Below, piece by piece: positions 1 through 8,912 of a DNA stretch of 37,105 nucleotides. The stretch comes from Pyrobaculum sp. (GTDB lineage Archaea > Thermoproteota > Thermoprotei > Thermoproteales > Thermoproteaceae). The stretch is taken from assembly GCA_046293555.1 (NCBI GenBank), contig JBKBOT010000014.1:1-37105 (forward strand). The letters are read 5' to 3'. Every line of letters begins with the position of its first letter. The first letter of the stretch is position 1. A program made the translations under genes and the position numbers. The notes beneath the pieces were generated by a model, which was given only the letters and a program-made list of their open reading frames with translations, did no database searches and was not told the origin of the DNA.

Positions 1-1
1 T

Positions 2-913
2 TGTCTATGCGTCTGGTGGGAACTAGCCGAATCTATACCAATACGAACCGCAAAAGCGCCATTGGCGATAACGTACATAGACGGCGGGACTTACAACAAG
101 TACATATATAGAGTCGGTCATCATCATAAAATCATTCTTTCTGAAAAAACCAGTACTGTTATTTCATTTGACATGTCTCTGTCTTATAAAGATGTGACGC
201 TTGTACCAGGACCCGGCGTTAGTTTTGATATAAATAACGTTAGGACTTCCGACTTATTTGATTTAAGCTGTAGATTTATGAAACAAGGAAGAGGAGATTC
301 GACATGTCGTTATTTCAATACTTATGATACAATCATTGATGAGTTTGGCGATTCGGCACTTATAGCTACCGGAATTTTTGCAGACATATATGTAGTGCGT
401 TATAATCTCGTGGAGTGGACGTGTACATACGGCTATCGGGTTGTAGACAGCGCTTGGGGCGTTTGGATGGCGCCTTATGCAAATAGCGACGGGAGATTTC
501 TGCCGTGGTACGGCGTGTCGAAAGCAGGCGAGGGAGAGCTCTGGGAAGTATTCCAAAAAATACGCGAAAAAGCCTACTCAAAATCCCTCCAATCAGTAAC
601 TACTCAATACTACTATGTAACGGGCAAAGAGTTGTATACTAGGTCTTCTTCCAGTCGTTATTTTGGAATCGCAATACCTGTAGGCACTGTCGCGGCTGGA
701 GCTAATCCACACATTGCCGCTGTAGTCTCAGCGCTTTCTGTCGGCCTAGATATAGGCGGTGAAGGCGCTGAGATATTTCCCTTCTTATCAAAGTGTGACT
801 ACACGGCAGATCGCACTGTGACTTACTACCCGCTTTATTATGAGTACCGGTCCTACCTCATAAGAGAGGAAGGCAAATATTATAACGTCCCCATTATGGC
901 AATCTGGCCCTAG
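2..913 (+). CDS. Hypothetical protein, 5'-truncated by the window edge, lower GC than flanking genes
   Basis: The frame of the 62..913 ORF stays open back to base 2. Tyr/Ser/Thr-rich, no recognised motif, T-run right after the stop. Confidence 0.7.
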   Translation, partial: CLCVWWELAESIPIRTAKAPLAITYIDGGTYNKYIYRVGHHHKIILSEKTSTVISFDMSLSYKDVTLVPGPGVSFDINNVRTSDLFDLSCRFMKQGRGDSTCRYFNTYDTIIDEFGDSALIATGIFADIYVVRYNLVEWTCTYGYRVVDSAWGVWMAPYANSDGRFLPWYGVSKAGEGELWEVFQKIREKAYSKSLQSVTTQYYYVTGKELYTRSSSSRYFGIAIPVGTVAAGANPHIAAVVSALSVGLDIGGEGAEIFPFLSKCDYTADRTVTYYPLYYEYRSYLIREEGKYYNVPIMAIWP

Positions 914-969
914 TTTTTTCGCGGAGGAGTTATCAACTCCGCCCTGCCTTGCAGGGCCCCCTCTTTTTT
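914..969 (+). terminator. Oligo-T terminator region with two short hairpins
   Basis: TTTTTT at 914-919; GGAGTT-atc-AACTCC (926-940); GCCCTGC-ctt-GCAGGGC (941-957); second T-run at about 964-969. Confidence 0.5.
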
Positions 970-1033
970 ATACGCGTTGTGGTTGGCGGGTGTTCGTGGG
1001 CTCTCTGTTTAATAAATATACGTATTTTTTGGC

Positions 1034-1822
1034 ATGTTTCGTGTCGGTGTTGTCCAGATATCTCCGGGGCGTTTGGAGGAAGTCCCGAAGCTAGTGGGTA
1101 GGTCGTCGCCGGATTTGCTCCTATTGCCGGAGTACTCTCTTTTCGACCCCACAGGCCTGCCGCCGGGGGAGGTATACCAAAAAGCCGTCTCCCTAGAGGA
1201 CTACGTGGAGAGGTTAGCCGCTATTGCTAAAATTATCGGCGGCTATGTGGCCGGGGCGTTTTTAGAGAGGGGGCCCCGTCCCAGGGTGTATAACACCACT
1301 GTGTTAGTAAACTCCGGCGGCTCTGTGGTGGGGATATACCGCAAGACGCATCTGTTTGACGCCTATAGCTATAGGGAGTCCGACTTTGTGGAGGCTGGCG
1401 TCTCGCTGTCTGACGTCTATGTGGTGCGTGGGGTTAGGGTGGGTTTTGCCGTCTGTTTTGAGTTACGTTTTCCAGAAGTCTTCCGGGAGTTGGCCCTACG
1501 GGGGGCAGAGCTTGTGGCGGTCCCCGCGGCGTGGTACTCCGGGCCGCTGAAGGAGGAGATGTTACAAGTTTTGGCTAGGGCGAGGGCTGTGGAAAACGGC
1601 ATGTATGTAGCGGTGGCGGCGCTGTGGGGCCAGCGTTTTACCGGCCGGTCTATGGTGGTCGACCCCTATGGCGTGGTGGTAGCCGAGCTGGGGGCTGGGG
1701 AGCGGTATAGAGAGGTGGAGATAGATCCCGCCATGGTGGAAGAGGCGAGACGTGTAGTGCCGACGTTAAGGCTAAGGAGGCCGCAGCTTTACAACAAGCT
1801 CTGTCACTCTGATATTATATAA
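1034..1822 (+). CDS. Carbon-nitrogen hydrolase (nitrilase/amidase family)
   Basis: Catalytic triad motifs LLLPEY, YRKTHLFD and AVCFELRFPE; also ARAVENG. Confidence 0.92.
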   Translation: MFRVGVVQISPGRLEEVPKLVGRSSPDLLLLPEYSLFDPTGLPPGEVYQKAVSLEDYVERLAAIAKIIGGYVAGAFLERGPRPRVYNTTVLVNSGGSVVGIYRKTHLFDAYSYRESDFVEAGVSLSDVYVVRGVRVGFAVCFELRFPEVFRELALRGAELVAVPAAWYSGPLKEEMLQVLARARAVENGMYVAVAALWGQRFTGRSMVVDPYGVVVAELGAGERYREVEIDPAMVEEARRVVPTLRLRRPQLYNKLCHSDII

Positions 1823-1826
1823 ATAC

Positions 1827-2312
1827 TTGATATTTCTAGTGGACACTTTTGGGAGAGGGATCTGGGGGAGTTTGGCCGCCGCCGTGTTGATTATGGCGGT
1901 TTTATTTATGCCTTACGGCTTGTTTCACCCCGCGGCGTTAGCCATAATGTCCATCTTAGTCGTCATTGCGGTTTATGTATATGCCAACTTCCGCGTGGCG
2001 TTGGGGGAGAGGTGGTTTAACGCGCTTGGCCCTCCCGTCATTGGCCTTGCCGCAGTGGGGGTCGTTCTGCTCTGGGCTGGCCGTTGGGAGGGGGCAGTGG
2101 CCATTGCCGCGGCCTATTTCGGCGAGCCGTTTATGGGCTATTTTATCTACAGGAGGCTGAGAGAGAAAAATGGCTTTTTTGCCATATTGTTTCTCGCCTC
2201 TGCTGCCGCCTATGCTTACACCCTCCCGTTAGTCTTGTGGGGGCTTTGGGCCGTGCCGGCGGCGGCCAATCTGGCCAAACTAGTGGCTTTGACTTATTTC
2301 GTATGGAGATAA
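1827..2312 (+). CDS. Multi-pass membrane protein, unknown function (start uncertain)
   Basis: About 5-6 hydrophobic segments; overlaps the ATG of the next gene. Confidence 0.7.
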   Translation: MIFLVDTFGRGIWGSLAAAVLIMAVLFMPYGLFHPAALAIMSILVVIAVYVYANFRVALGERWFNALGPPVIGLAAVGVVLLWAGRWEGAVAIAAAYFGEPFMGYFIYRRLREKNGFFAILFLASAAAYAYTLPLVLWGLWAVPAAANLAKLVALTYFVWR

Positions 2313-3184
2313 CGCCCGTGGGCGAGGAGTCTCTGGGGGTGAGGTCTATGTGTATGTATGTAGAGTCTAAAGACCTCCGTATTCTTCTCGACGCGGGGGT
2401 CTCTCTGGCGCCGAGGAGGTTCGGCCTGCCGCCCCACTCCAGAGAGCTGGAGAGAGCTAGAGAGGTGAGAGGCCGCATGTTGGAACTGGCGGCGGCTGTA
2501 GAGGTGGTTACAGTAAGTCACTACCACCGGGATCACTTCACGCCGTGGTACCCAAGCCCCTATATGGCTACAGACGGGGAGACATACGTGAAGATCTACG
2601 GCGGGAGGAAAGTGTATATGAAGGAGCCGGGGGATTTGAACTGGTCTCAACGGCGGCGTCACTACGGGCTTGTGAACGCCCTTAGGCAGATAGGCGCAGA
2701 GGTCATATATGCAGACGGCGGTGAGTGGCAAATAGGCTCTACAACCCTCAGGGCCTCTGCCCCCTTGTGGCATGGCGCCAGCGGCTCTAAGACCGGCAGG
2801 GTGTTAGGCTTCGCCGTGTTAGACGGGGAGGAGAGTCTGGTCTTTCTCCCCGACGTGGAGGGGCCTATAGAGCCGGAGCCGGTACAATTCGCCAAGTCCG
2901 TCAGGCCTACCATAATAGTGGTGGGGGGCCCCGCCACATATCTAGAGGTCGACGTGGCGGCTGCAGTGAGGCGGCTGAGAGAGCTAATCGACCTACGGCC
3001 TCACACCCTGGTGTTGGCCCACCACCTCCTGAGAGATGGGGACTGGCGGGGGAAGGTGGGGGAGGTGTTTGGCCACGCGGAGAGGCGTGGGGTAGTTATA
3101 GCCACCTACGCCCAGCTGGCGGGCGTGGCCGAGGAGCTGCTAGAAGCCAACAGGAGGGCGCTATATGGCCTTCGTCCTTCTTAA
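2303..3184 (+). CDS. Metallo-beta-lactamase-fold hydrolase (UPF0282-like); start corrected to ATG 2303
   Basis: MEITPVGEESLGVRSM N-terminus, SHYHRDH metal motif, HG and HHLLRD motifs. Confidence 0.85.
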   Translation: MEITPVGEESLGVRSMCMYVESKDLRILLDAGVSLAPRRFGLPPHSRELERAREVRGRMLELAAAVEVVTVSHYHRDHFTPWYPSPYMATDGETYVKIYGGRKVYMKEPGDLNWSQRRRHYGLVNALRQIGAEVIYADGGEWQIGSTTLRASAPLWHGASGSKTGRVLGFAVLDGEESLVFLPDVEGPIEPEPVQFAKSVRPTIIVVGGPATYLEVDVAAAVRRLRELIDLRPHTLVLAHHLLRDGDWRGKVGEVFGHAERRGVVIATYAQLAGVAEELLEANRRALYGLRPS

Positions 3185-3683
3185 TGTCGCCACGGCGGTG
3201 TTGGCGCTATATGTCGCATATAGGGTGTTTCAAGCTTGGAGGAGGCTTTCCGACATAAGGCTTTCTCTCTACTTTACAGGCATGGCGCTGTTGGCGTTTT
3301 CTCTCCTACTGGAGGCTGTGGCCGAGCTTTTCCTACCGCCGAGGCCCCGCCACCTCTGGAGACACCTCTGGCCCGTGGAGCTCGTAGTGGCGTTGATAAC
3401 TCTGGCGGCGTTGGTGCTTATAGCTATCGCCGTCACTCCCGCCACGGCCTACGTGTTACCTATCGTAATGCCTGTCAACATCTTTCTAGCTCTCTACATC
3501 GCCGTCGTGACGTTAATAAAAGCCGCAGAGCGGCAGACGGCGCCTTGGATCTCGCTGGCGTTTATCTTTCTCGCCGCGTCTATGGCCACGCCGGCTTTCA
3601 GCCTCCTAAACGCGCTGTTTAGACTACTTACCGCGGCCTTCCTCGCCCTCAGCCTGGCCTATGCCGCGAAGACGGAGAAGTAG
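3165..3683 (+). CDS. Multi-pass membrane protein
   Basis: About 6 hydrophobic helices; overlaps both neighbouring genes. Confidence 0.7.
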   Translation: MAFVLLNVATAVLALYVAYRVFQAWRRLSDIRLSLYFTGMALLAFSLLLEAVAELFLPPRPRHLWRHLWPVELVVALITLAALVLIAIAVTPATAYVLPIVMPVNIFLALYIAVVTLIKAAERQTAPWISLAFIFLAASMATPAFSLLNALFRLLTAAFLALSLAYAAKTEK

Positions 3684-3918
3684 GCTAGAAATAGTTGCAG
3701 ATATCCTCACGTTGCTCTCCCACGGCTGCAAGCCCCCCACCAGGCTGGCCACAGAGGCAAACCTGGCCTACGACCGGATGGCTAAACTAATAAAGACCTT
3801 AGTAGAGAGGGGGCTTGTTAAAGAGGGGGCGGAGGGGTTTTGTATCACTGTGGAGGGGCTTAAGTTTCTGGAGGCCTACCAGGGCTGGAGGAGGTTTTTA
3901 GACGCCTTAGGGCTATAA
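3661..3918 (+). CDS. Small archaeal winged-helix transcription regulator
   Basis: RRSRLEIVADIL...TRLATEANL...L.ERGLV...ITVEGLKFL pattern typical of archaeal wHTH proteins. Confidence 0.85.
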   Translation: MPRRRRSRLEIVADILTLLSHGCKPPTRLATEANLAYDRMAKLIKTLVERGLVKEGAEGFCITVEGLKFLEAYQGWRRFLDALGL

Positions 3919-5272
3919 ATAAGAGTGCTGCCAGGAATACCGCCAGGGGGGTTAATATCAGGGGCCATTGTGTAGAGGCGGTTGGGGCTTCTAACATCTT
4001 TTTCACCTGTAGATATCTAGCCCTAGCCGCCTCTCTCCACGCTTGACGTAACTGATCTCTATAAGCCGGGTCTCTGGCCACCGCGTCGTTTATCGCCACC
4101 GCGTCTTCATATGTAAAGACTCTAACCCGCCCCGTGGCTGGGTCTGTGTAGTTCAGCGGGGCGGCTAGAATACTCCAGAGTTGTTGAAACTGAGCTGCAG
4201 TTATCTTCCCCTCTTCTCTAGTTTTCACGAGGCTAATCCACGTCTCTGTGAGGAGGTCCTGGAGGTCTACCAAAGTGGCCTCGTAGTAATAGACAAAGGA
4301 GTAGTAGTAAGAGGCGCCCTTCTCTGGCGGCACCGCCACGATCTTCGTTCGTGTCAACTTAGACCAATGTTCTTTCAGCAACCTGGCCTTGGCTTGGTCT
4401 ACCTCTGGGGAGTCTAGTAGAGACAAGTTGCCGGGGATTATATAGCGGTCTATAGTACTCCTGGCAATTTTAGAAAGGAAGATATCAAGAAGCGCCTTGG
4501 CTTTTGTCATATTGGCCCCCTTGGGTATGGCGATGGGGTCGTACAACACATCTGTGCCGTCTTGCGGAATGCAGTAGTCCAGCCCAGCCAAAAAGACGTA
4601 GTAATCCACCATTGGGCCGAGGAGGGCCTCTCCCCTCTTTACCAGATCTCTCACGGCGCCGCTGGAGTCCACAAATCTAGCCACGGCGGCCATGGCTGTG
4701 AGATATCTCCACCCCTCCTCCCAGCCGTATATCTCGGTAACTAGTTGCATCATGGCGGCGGTGGAGGTGGACTTGGTGGGCTTGGCGATGGCTATAGGCC
4801 GGCTGGCGGTAGCGGCGTAGTACTTAGCCAGCTCCGGGGAGGCCAGCTCCCTCCAGCTACAGACGGGGCGTAGGCCGGCTTTTGTCACAGCCTCGGCGTT
4901 GTAGCCAATCACATAGCCGAGGAGGGCGTATATCACATAGTACACCCTCCCGTCTGGCCCCACGCGCTTCAGCCTTATGCCCCCCGCCACCTCTGGGATT
5001 TGCGGCAAGTCGGGCATGGGGGCTAGATATCCCTCTCTGTATAACGCCTCGTATAACACCGGCGCGCCTGCCCACAGGAGGTCTGCCTCCCCCCTCTCGA
5101 TGATGGCTCTCCACTGGACGGGCTCCACATTTAGAATCCTCACGTCGGGGAAGTGGCTTCTGAGTATGGGGAGGGCCACGTCTATAGATGCAGGGTCGGC
5201 CCTGGTGAGAATAGTGGTGGGGAATACAGACGCCGCAAGTAGTAACGTCAGAGCTAAGAGGGGGCGAGCCAT
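3860..5272 (-). CDS. ABC-type solute-binding protein (Fe3+/thiamine-like cluster) with signal peptide and C-terminal membrane anchor
   Basis: N-terminal signal peptide; ADLLWAG, SWRELASP, PTKSTST, YGWEEGW and DPIAI motifs; C-terminal TM helix plus basic tail. Confidence 0.85.
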   Translation of the reverse strand: MARPLLALTLLLAASVFPTTILTRADPASIDVALPILRSHFPDVRILNVEPVQWRAIIERGEADLLWAGAPVLYEALYREGYLAPMPDLPQIPEVAGGIRLKRVGPDGRVYYVIYALLGYVIGYNAEAVTKAGLRPVCSWRELASPELAKYYAATASRPIAIAKPTKSTSTAAMMQLVTEIYGWEEGWRYLTAMAAVARFVDSSGAVRDLVKRGEALLGPMVDYYVFLAGLDYCIPQDGTDVLYDPIAIPKGANMTKAKALLDIFLSKIARSTIDRYIIPGNLSLLDSPEVDQAKARLLKEHWSKLTRTKIVAVPPEKGASYYYSFVYYYEATLVDLQDLLTETWISLVKTREEGKITAAQFQQLWSILAAPLNYTDPATGRVRVFTYEDAVAINDAVARDPAYRDQLRQAWREAARARYLQVKKMLEAPTASTQWPLILTPLAVFLAALLFIALRRLKTSSSPGRPPET

Positions 5273-5300
5273 GGGGGAGATGTAAGAGATGTTTTAAATA

Positions 5301-6485
5301 TTACGCCCTTTCTAGCACCACGGCGGCTCCCTGGCCGCCGCCCACGCAGAGGGTGGCCACGCCGTGGTCTACGCCGTCTGTCTGTAGCTGTCTTGCCAAC
5401 GTGCCTATTATCCTGGCGCCCGTGGCGCCTAGGGGGTGGCCGATGGCTATGGCGCCCCCCCTCGTGTTGACAGCCTCCGGGTCTATCTCCAGCTGTTTTA
5501 TGGCGTAGAGAGTCACCACTGCGAAAGCCTCGTTGATTTCCCACCGGCCTATCTGCCTCGGCGTTAGTCCCGCCTTCTGGAGGGCCTTCCTTGTGGCGGG
5601 CACGGGCCCCATCCCCATCACGTCGGGTGGCACCCCGGCGAAGGCCACGGCCTTTATCTTGGCTAGCGGCTGGAGGCCATGCCGCCGGATGGCCTCCCTA
5701 GAGGCCAACATGAGGTAGGCGGCGCCGGAGTTCAGTGGGGAGGAGTTGCCGGCGGTGATGACGCCGTCTGGCTTGAAGGCTGGCGGCAGTTTGGCCAGAG
5801 CCTCTGGGGTTGTGTCTGGCCTTACCGACTGGTCTCTATCTACCACCCGCCTCTCTCCATCTCTCTCTATGGCCACTGGGGTTATCTCCTCTGTGAAGTA
5901 GCCTATTGCATATGCCTCCACGGCCCGCCTGTGGCTTCTGTGGGACCACAGGTCCATCTCCTCTCTGGTGATTCCTGACATCTCGGCGAGTTTCTCTGCG
6001 GTGAGGCCCATGACATATCCAATGGGCAGGTTGTAAAGCCTGACGTACTCCTCGTCGGCGAGGAACTTGGGGTTTATCTCGATGTGGGGGTTTTGGTACA
6101 TGGGGGTTTTAGACATTTTCTCCACCCCGCCGGCTATCACCAGGTCTGCCACCCCTGTGGCTATCTCCATGGCGGCCATGGCCACCGAGTTTATAGAGGA
6201 GGCACATTGTCTATCCACATGTGCCGCCGGGATGCTGTGGGGGAGTTTTGCCGCAAATACCACATGTCTCCCGCCGTATAGCCACTGTTCCCCCACGGGG
6301 AGGGCGGTGCCTGTAATTAAGTCCTCTATGGCTTCCGGCTTGACGCCTGTTCTCTCTATCAGCGCCCTTATGGGGGCCGCCGCAATTTCCTCCGGCCTAA
6401 GCTCCCAGAAGTCGTCTTTTTGTGGGTCTTTACGAGAAAACCTTGTGAATGCCGTCCGGGCGAACCCCACTATGTAGACATCCAT
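5301..6485 (-). CDS. Acetyl-CoA C-acyltransferase (thiolase)
   Basis: RQCASS, GNSSPLNSGA, INEAFA, GHPLGATG and CVGGGQG motifs. Confidence 0.95.
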   Translation of the reverse strand: MDVYIVGFARTAFTRFSRKDPQKDDFWELRPEEIAAAPIRALIERTGVKPEAIEDLITGTALPVGEQWLYGGRHVVFAAKLPHSIPAAHVDRQCASSINSVAMAAMEIATGVADLVIAGGVEKMSKTPMYQNPHIEINPKFLADEEYVRLYNLPIGYVMGLTAEKLAEMSGITREEMDLWSHRSHRRAVEAYAIGYFTEEITPVAIERDGERRVVDRDQSVRPDTTPEALAKLPPAFKPDGVITAGNSSPLNSGAAYLMLASREAIRRHGLQPLAKIKAVAFAGVPPDVMGMGPVPATRKALQKAGLTPRQIGRWEINEAFAVVTLYAIKQLEIDPEAVNTRGGAIAIGHPLGATGARIIGTLARQLQTDGVDHGVATLCVGGGQGAAVVLERA

Positions 6486-6533
6486 AGAGATGTGTGGGGT
6501 GGTTTATTTAAATATTGAGGAGTTCTATAGCTT

Positions 6534-7685
6534 ATGCTTCCCAGGGCGTTTATAACGTCGGTGGTGGGGTCGTGGCCGCGGCCCAGCTGGCTTATAGAGG
6601 CTTTTGAGAGGCTTGAGAGGGGGCAGCTGGAGCGGCAGCTTTTCGACCAGTATCTAGACGACGCGGTTAAGCTTGCCATCAAGGACCAGGAGGAGGCTGG
6701 CCTCGACGTAATTACAGATGGGGAGCAGAGGAGGACATCCTTCGTGGCGTTTGTGGGGCAGAAGCTACGGGGCTTCAAGGTGGTAAGGGTGGAGGAGCTA
6801 CATCCAGACGCCAGAGAGATAATGAAGAGACACAAGGCGCCTCTCACCCTCTGGAGGCCAGTGATAGCAGGCTATATTGAAGACAGCGTGTTAGCCGTCG
6901 ACGAGGTGCAATACGCAAGGAGGGTTACCTCCAGGCCGCTTAAGGTCACCCTCCCGTCGCCCTACTTAGCCATGTGGGAATCTTGGCACCACAAGATCTC
7001 CTCGCCGTATTACCCAAGGCCTGAAGACGCCGCCGAGGCTTACGTAAAGGTGCTGCGGGGTGAGATAGCCAGGCTGATAGAGGCGGGGGTCGCCTTTATA
7101 CAACTGGACGAGCCCATGCTCGGCGACTTGGTTGAAGCCGAGGGGGACAAGCCCGATAGATATAAACAGGTGGCCTCTGAGCTCTATGGCCAGAGGTACA
7201 GGGGGCTGAGAGATGAGATACAGCTGGCGGTAGATCTGGTAAACGAGACGGTGCGGGGTTACACCACGGCGGTGCGCATCGGGATGCATCTAGACAGGTG
7301 GCCCGCCGAGGACTCGCCGGTGGTGGGATACGAGAGGCTGGCCCCCCAAGTCTTCGACATAAAGGTGAGGCAATATGTGGTGGAGTATAAACACCCGCGG
7401 ATGGGGAGCCCGGAGGAGTTCGCCAAGATCTTGCCAAGCGACAAGGAGATTGGGCTTGGCTCTATAGACGTGCGTGACCCCAGGCGGGTAGAGGCGGTGG
7501 AGGAGGTGGTGGCACACGTGGAGCGGGTTGTGAGATATGTAGACCCCACCCGCATCTGGCTAAATCCAGACTGCGGCTTTGCCCCCGGCATGTACAGAGC
7601 GTTCCCCAGAGCCGTGGCGTTAGAAAAGCTAAAGACGATGGTGAAAGCCGCCAAGGCGCTTAGAGAGAGGTACTGGTGGGCATAA
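6534..7685 (+). CDS. Cobalamin-independent methionine synthase (MetE C-terminal domain) family protein
   Basis: VGSWPRP, GLDVITDGEQRR, IQLDEP and NPDCGF motifs; HxC appears as HxD. Confidence 0.85.
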   Translation: MLPRAFITSVVGSWPRPSWLIEAFERLERGQLERQLFDQYLDDAVKLAIKDQEEAGLDVITDGEQRRTSFVAFVGQKLRGFKVVRVEELHPDAREIMKRHKAPLTLWRPVIAGYIEDSVLAVDEVQYARRVTSRPLKVTLPSPYLAMWESWHHKISSPYYPRPEDAAEAYVKVLRGEIARLIEAGVAFIQLDEPMLGDLVEAEGDKPDRYKQVASELYGQRYRGLRDEIQLAVDLVNETVRGYTTAVRIGMHLDRWPAEDSPVVGYERLAPQVFDIKVRQYVVEYKHPRMGSPEEFAKILPSDKEIGLGSIDVRDPRRVEAVEEVVAHVERVVRYVDPTRIWLNPDCGFAPGMYRAFPRAVALEKLKTMVKAAKALRERYWWA

Positions 7686-7762
7686 CTCCCCTCTGGGTCT
7701 CCCTTTTTCAAGGCCAGCTGGGGGCCCTCTGTATCCCCCGGCGGTTTAAATGCAGGTGGGAT

Positions 7763-8629
7763 TTGCCACAATGTGTCGCAGTAGGGCTGTTGTTAGAAAA
7801 GTGGAAACTCTGTAGGACGGAGGCCTCTGGGCGGATGGTGGGGGAGTGGGGCGGCGTGGCGATTGCCGCCCTAGGCCCGGGGGAGGTGAAATGCCGCTGG
7901 GTCTTGGCTAGAAATTGCGCCGAGGCCTACACGCCGGCTTTCACCCCGCCGGAGTACCCCCGCCTTATTATCGACTTGTGGCAGTGGGGGGAACACAGGG
8001 AGGGGGAAAAACACGAGCTTGTGGAACAGATCTTGGCCTCTCTCAACGTGGTTAGGTCTTTTCTTTGGGATGGAAACCTGTGGCTTACCCACACGCCGGG
8101 GGAGTTTTTAGAGCTCCTATCTCGACACGCCAGGGGGCTGAGACACAGGGTGAACGTGGCTTGGGAGCTGCCGCCGTTGAGGTCGCCGGTGGTGTTAGAC
8201 CCGGAGGGGCCCTGCGTCTTGACTGAAGAGGAGGTCTTCCAGAGGTCTGAATTCATCGTTGGGGGCATTGTGGACAAGGAGCGTGTGGCTAAAGGCGCCA
8301 CGGGGAGGTTGGCGAGGGCGTTGGGGGTAGAGAGGCGGTGTAGGATAGAGCTCAGGGGGTCCACGGTGGGGGTGCCCGACAGGATCAACAAGGTGGTGGA
8401 AATACTGGTGAGGACGCTGGCGGGCGAGCCGCTTGAGGTAGCCATATTGAAGACACAAGCCAAGAGGGATAGGGTGTATAGACTCATGTGGGAAATACAG
8501 AGGCGGGCCAGGCGGAGAGGCGGCGTCTTGGCCATATCGAGAGAAAGCCTGGCGGAGGCCAACTGGCTGGGTGCCCCCGAGGAGGAGGTGGCGCTGGCGG
8601 TTAGGAAAACCGGCGTAGTTCTGTCCTGA
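7763..8629 (+). CDS. trm10: tRNA m1R9 methyltransferase Trm10 (SPOUT); start uncertain, TTG 7763 chosen
   Basis: VVLDP, FIVGGIVDK and GVPDRINK motifs of archaeal Trm10. A TTTAAA box at 7745-7750 argues against the 7676 start. Confidence 0.82.
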   Translation: MPQCVAVGLLLEKWKLCRTEASGRMVGEWGGVAIAALGPGEVKCRWVLARNCAEAYTPAFTPPEYPRLIIDLWQWGEHREGEKHELVEQILASLNVVRSFLWDGNLWLTHTPGEFLELLSRHARGLRHRVNVAWELPPLRSPVVLDPEGPCVLTEEEVFQRSEFIVGGIVDKERVAKGATGRLARALGVERRCRIELRGSTVGVPDRINKVVEILVRTLAGEPLEVAILKTQAKRDRVYRLMWEIQRRARRRGGVLAISRESLAEANWLGAPEEEVALAVRKTGVVLS

Positions 8630-8912
8630 CGGCCACCGCGGCTACCAGCAGTAGGTAGAGAAAGAGGGGGACGTGCTCCAAGGCCAGCCCCCCGAAGCCA
8701 GTGGTGGGCGACCAGATGGTGCGGGAAACCCTCCCGGCGTTGAAGAGTGCCACCAACGCCGTGAGTAGGGCGGCGTGTCGCCATCTTAAGAACGCCAAGG
8801 CGAGATATATGGCCGCCAGCGTTATGTTTTCTGCCACCAACAGTGGGGGGAGGCCCACCAGATTTATGGCGAGGTACCCCGCCGAGAGGAGTAGCAGAAG
8901 TCCTCTCAACAT
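8601..8912 (-). CDS. Small membrane protein
   Basis: Hydrophobic 103 aa; start overlaps the aconitase stop. Confidence 0.65.
   Translation of the reverse strand: MLRGLLLLLSAGYLAINLVGLPPLLVAENITLAAIYLALAFLRWRHAALLTALVALFNAGRVSRTIWSPTTGFGGLALEHVPLFLYLLLVAAVAVRTELRRFS

Noticed and set aside
2084-2302. N-terminal extension of the 366-aa ORF
   Set aside because: It overlaps the membrane-protein gene in another frame; the family-like sequence starts at ATG 2303.
7686-7745. GC hairpin and CAGA/TGAA words after the MetE-like gene as a possible C/D sRNA
   Set aside because: No RTGATGA box on either strand; better explained as a T-run terminator plus the trm10 promoter.
7927-8784. 285-aa antisense ORF and the many other shadow ORFs opposite real genes
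   Set aside because: They lie opposite motif-bearing genes, have Ser/Thr/Pro-rich antisense-type composition and no motifs; expected in GC-rich DNA.
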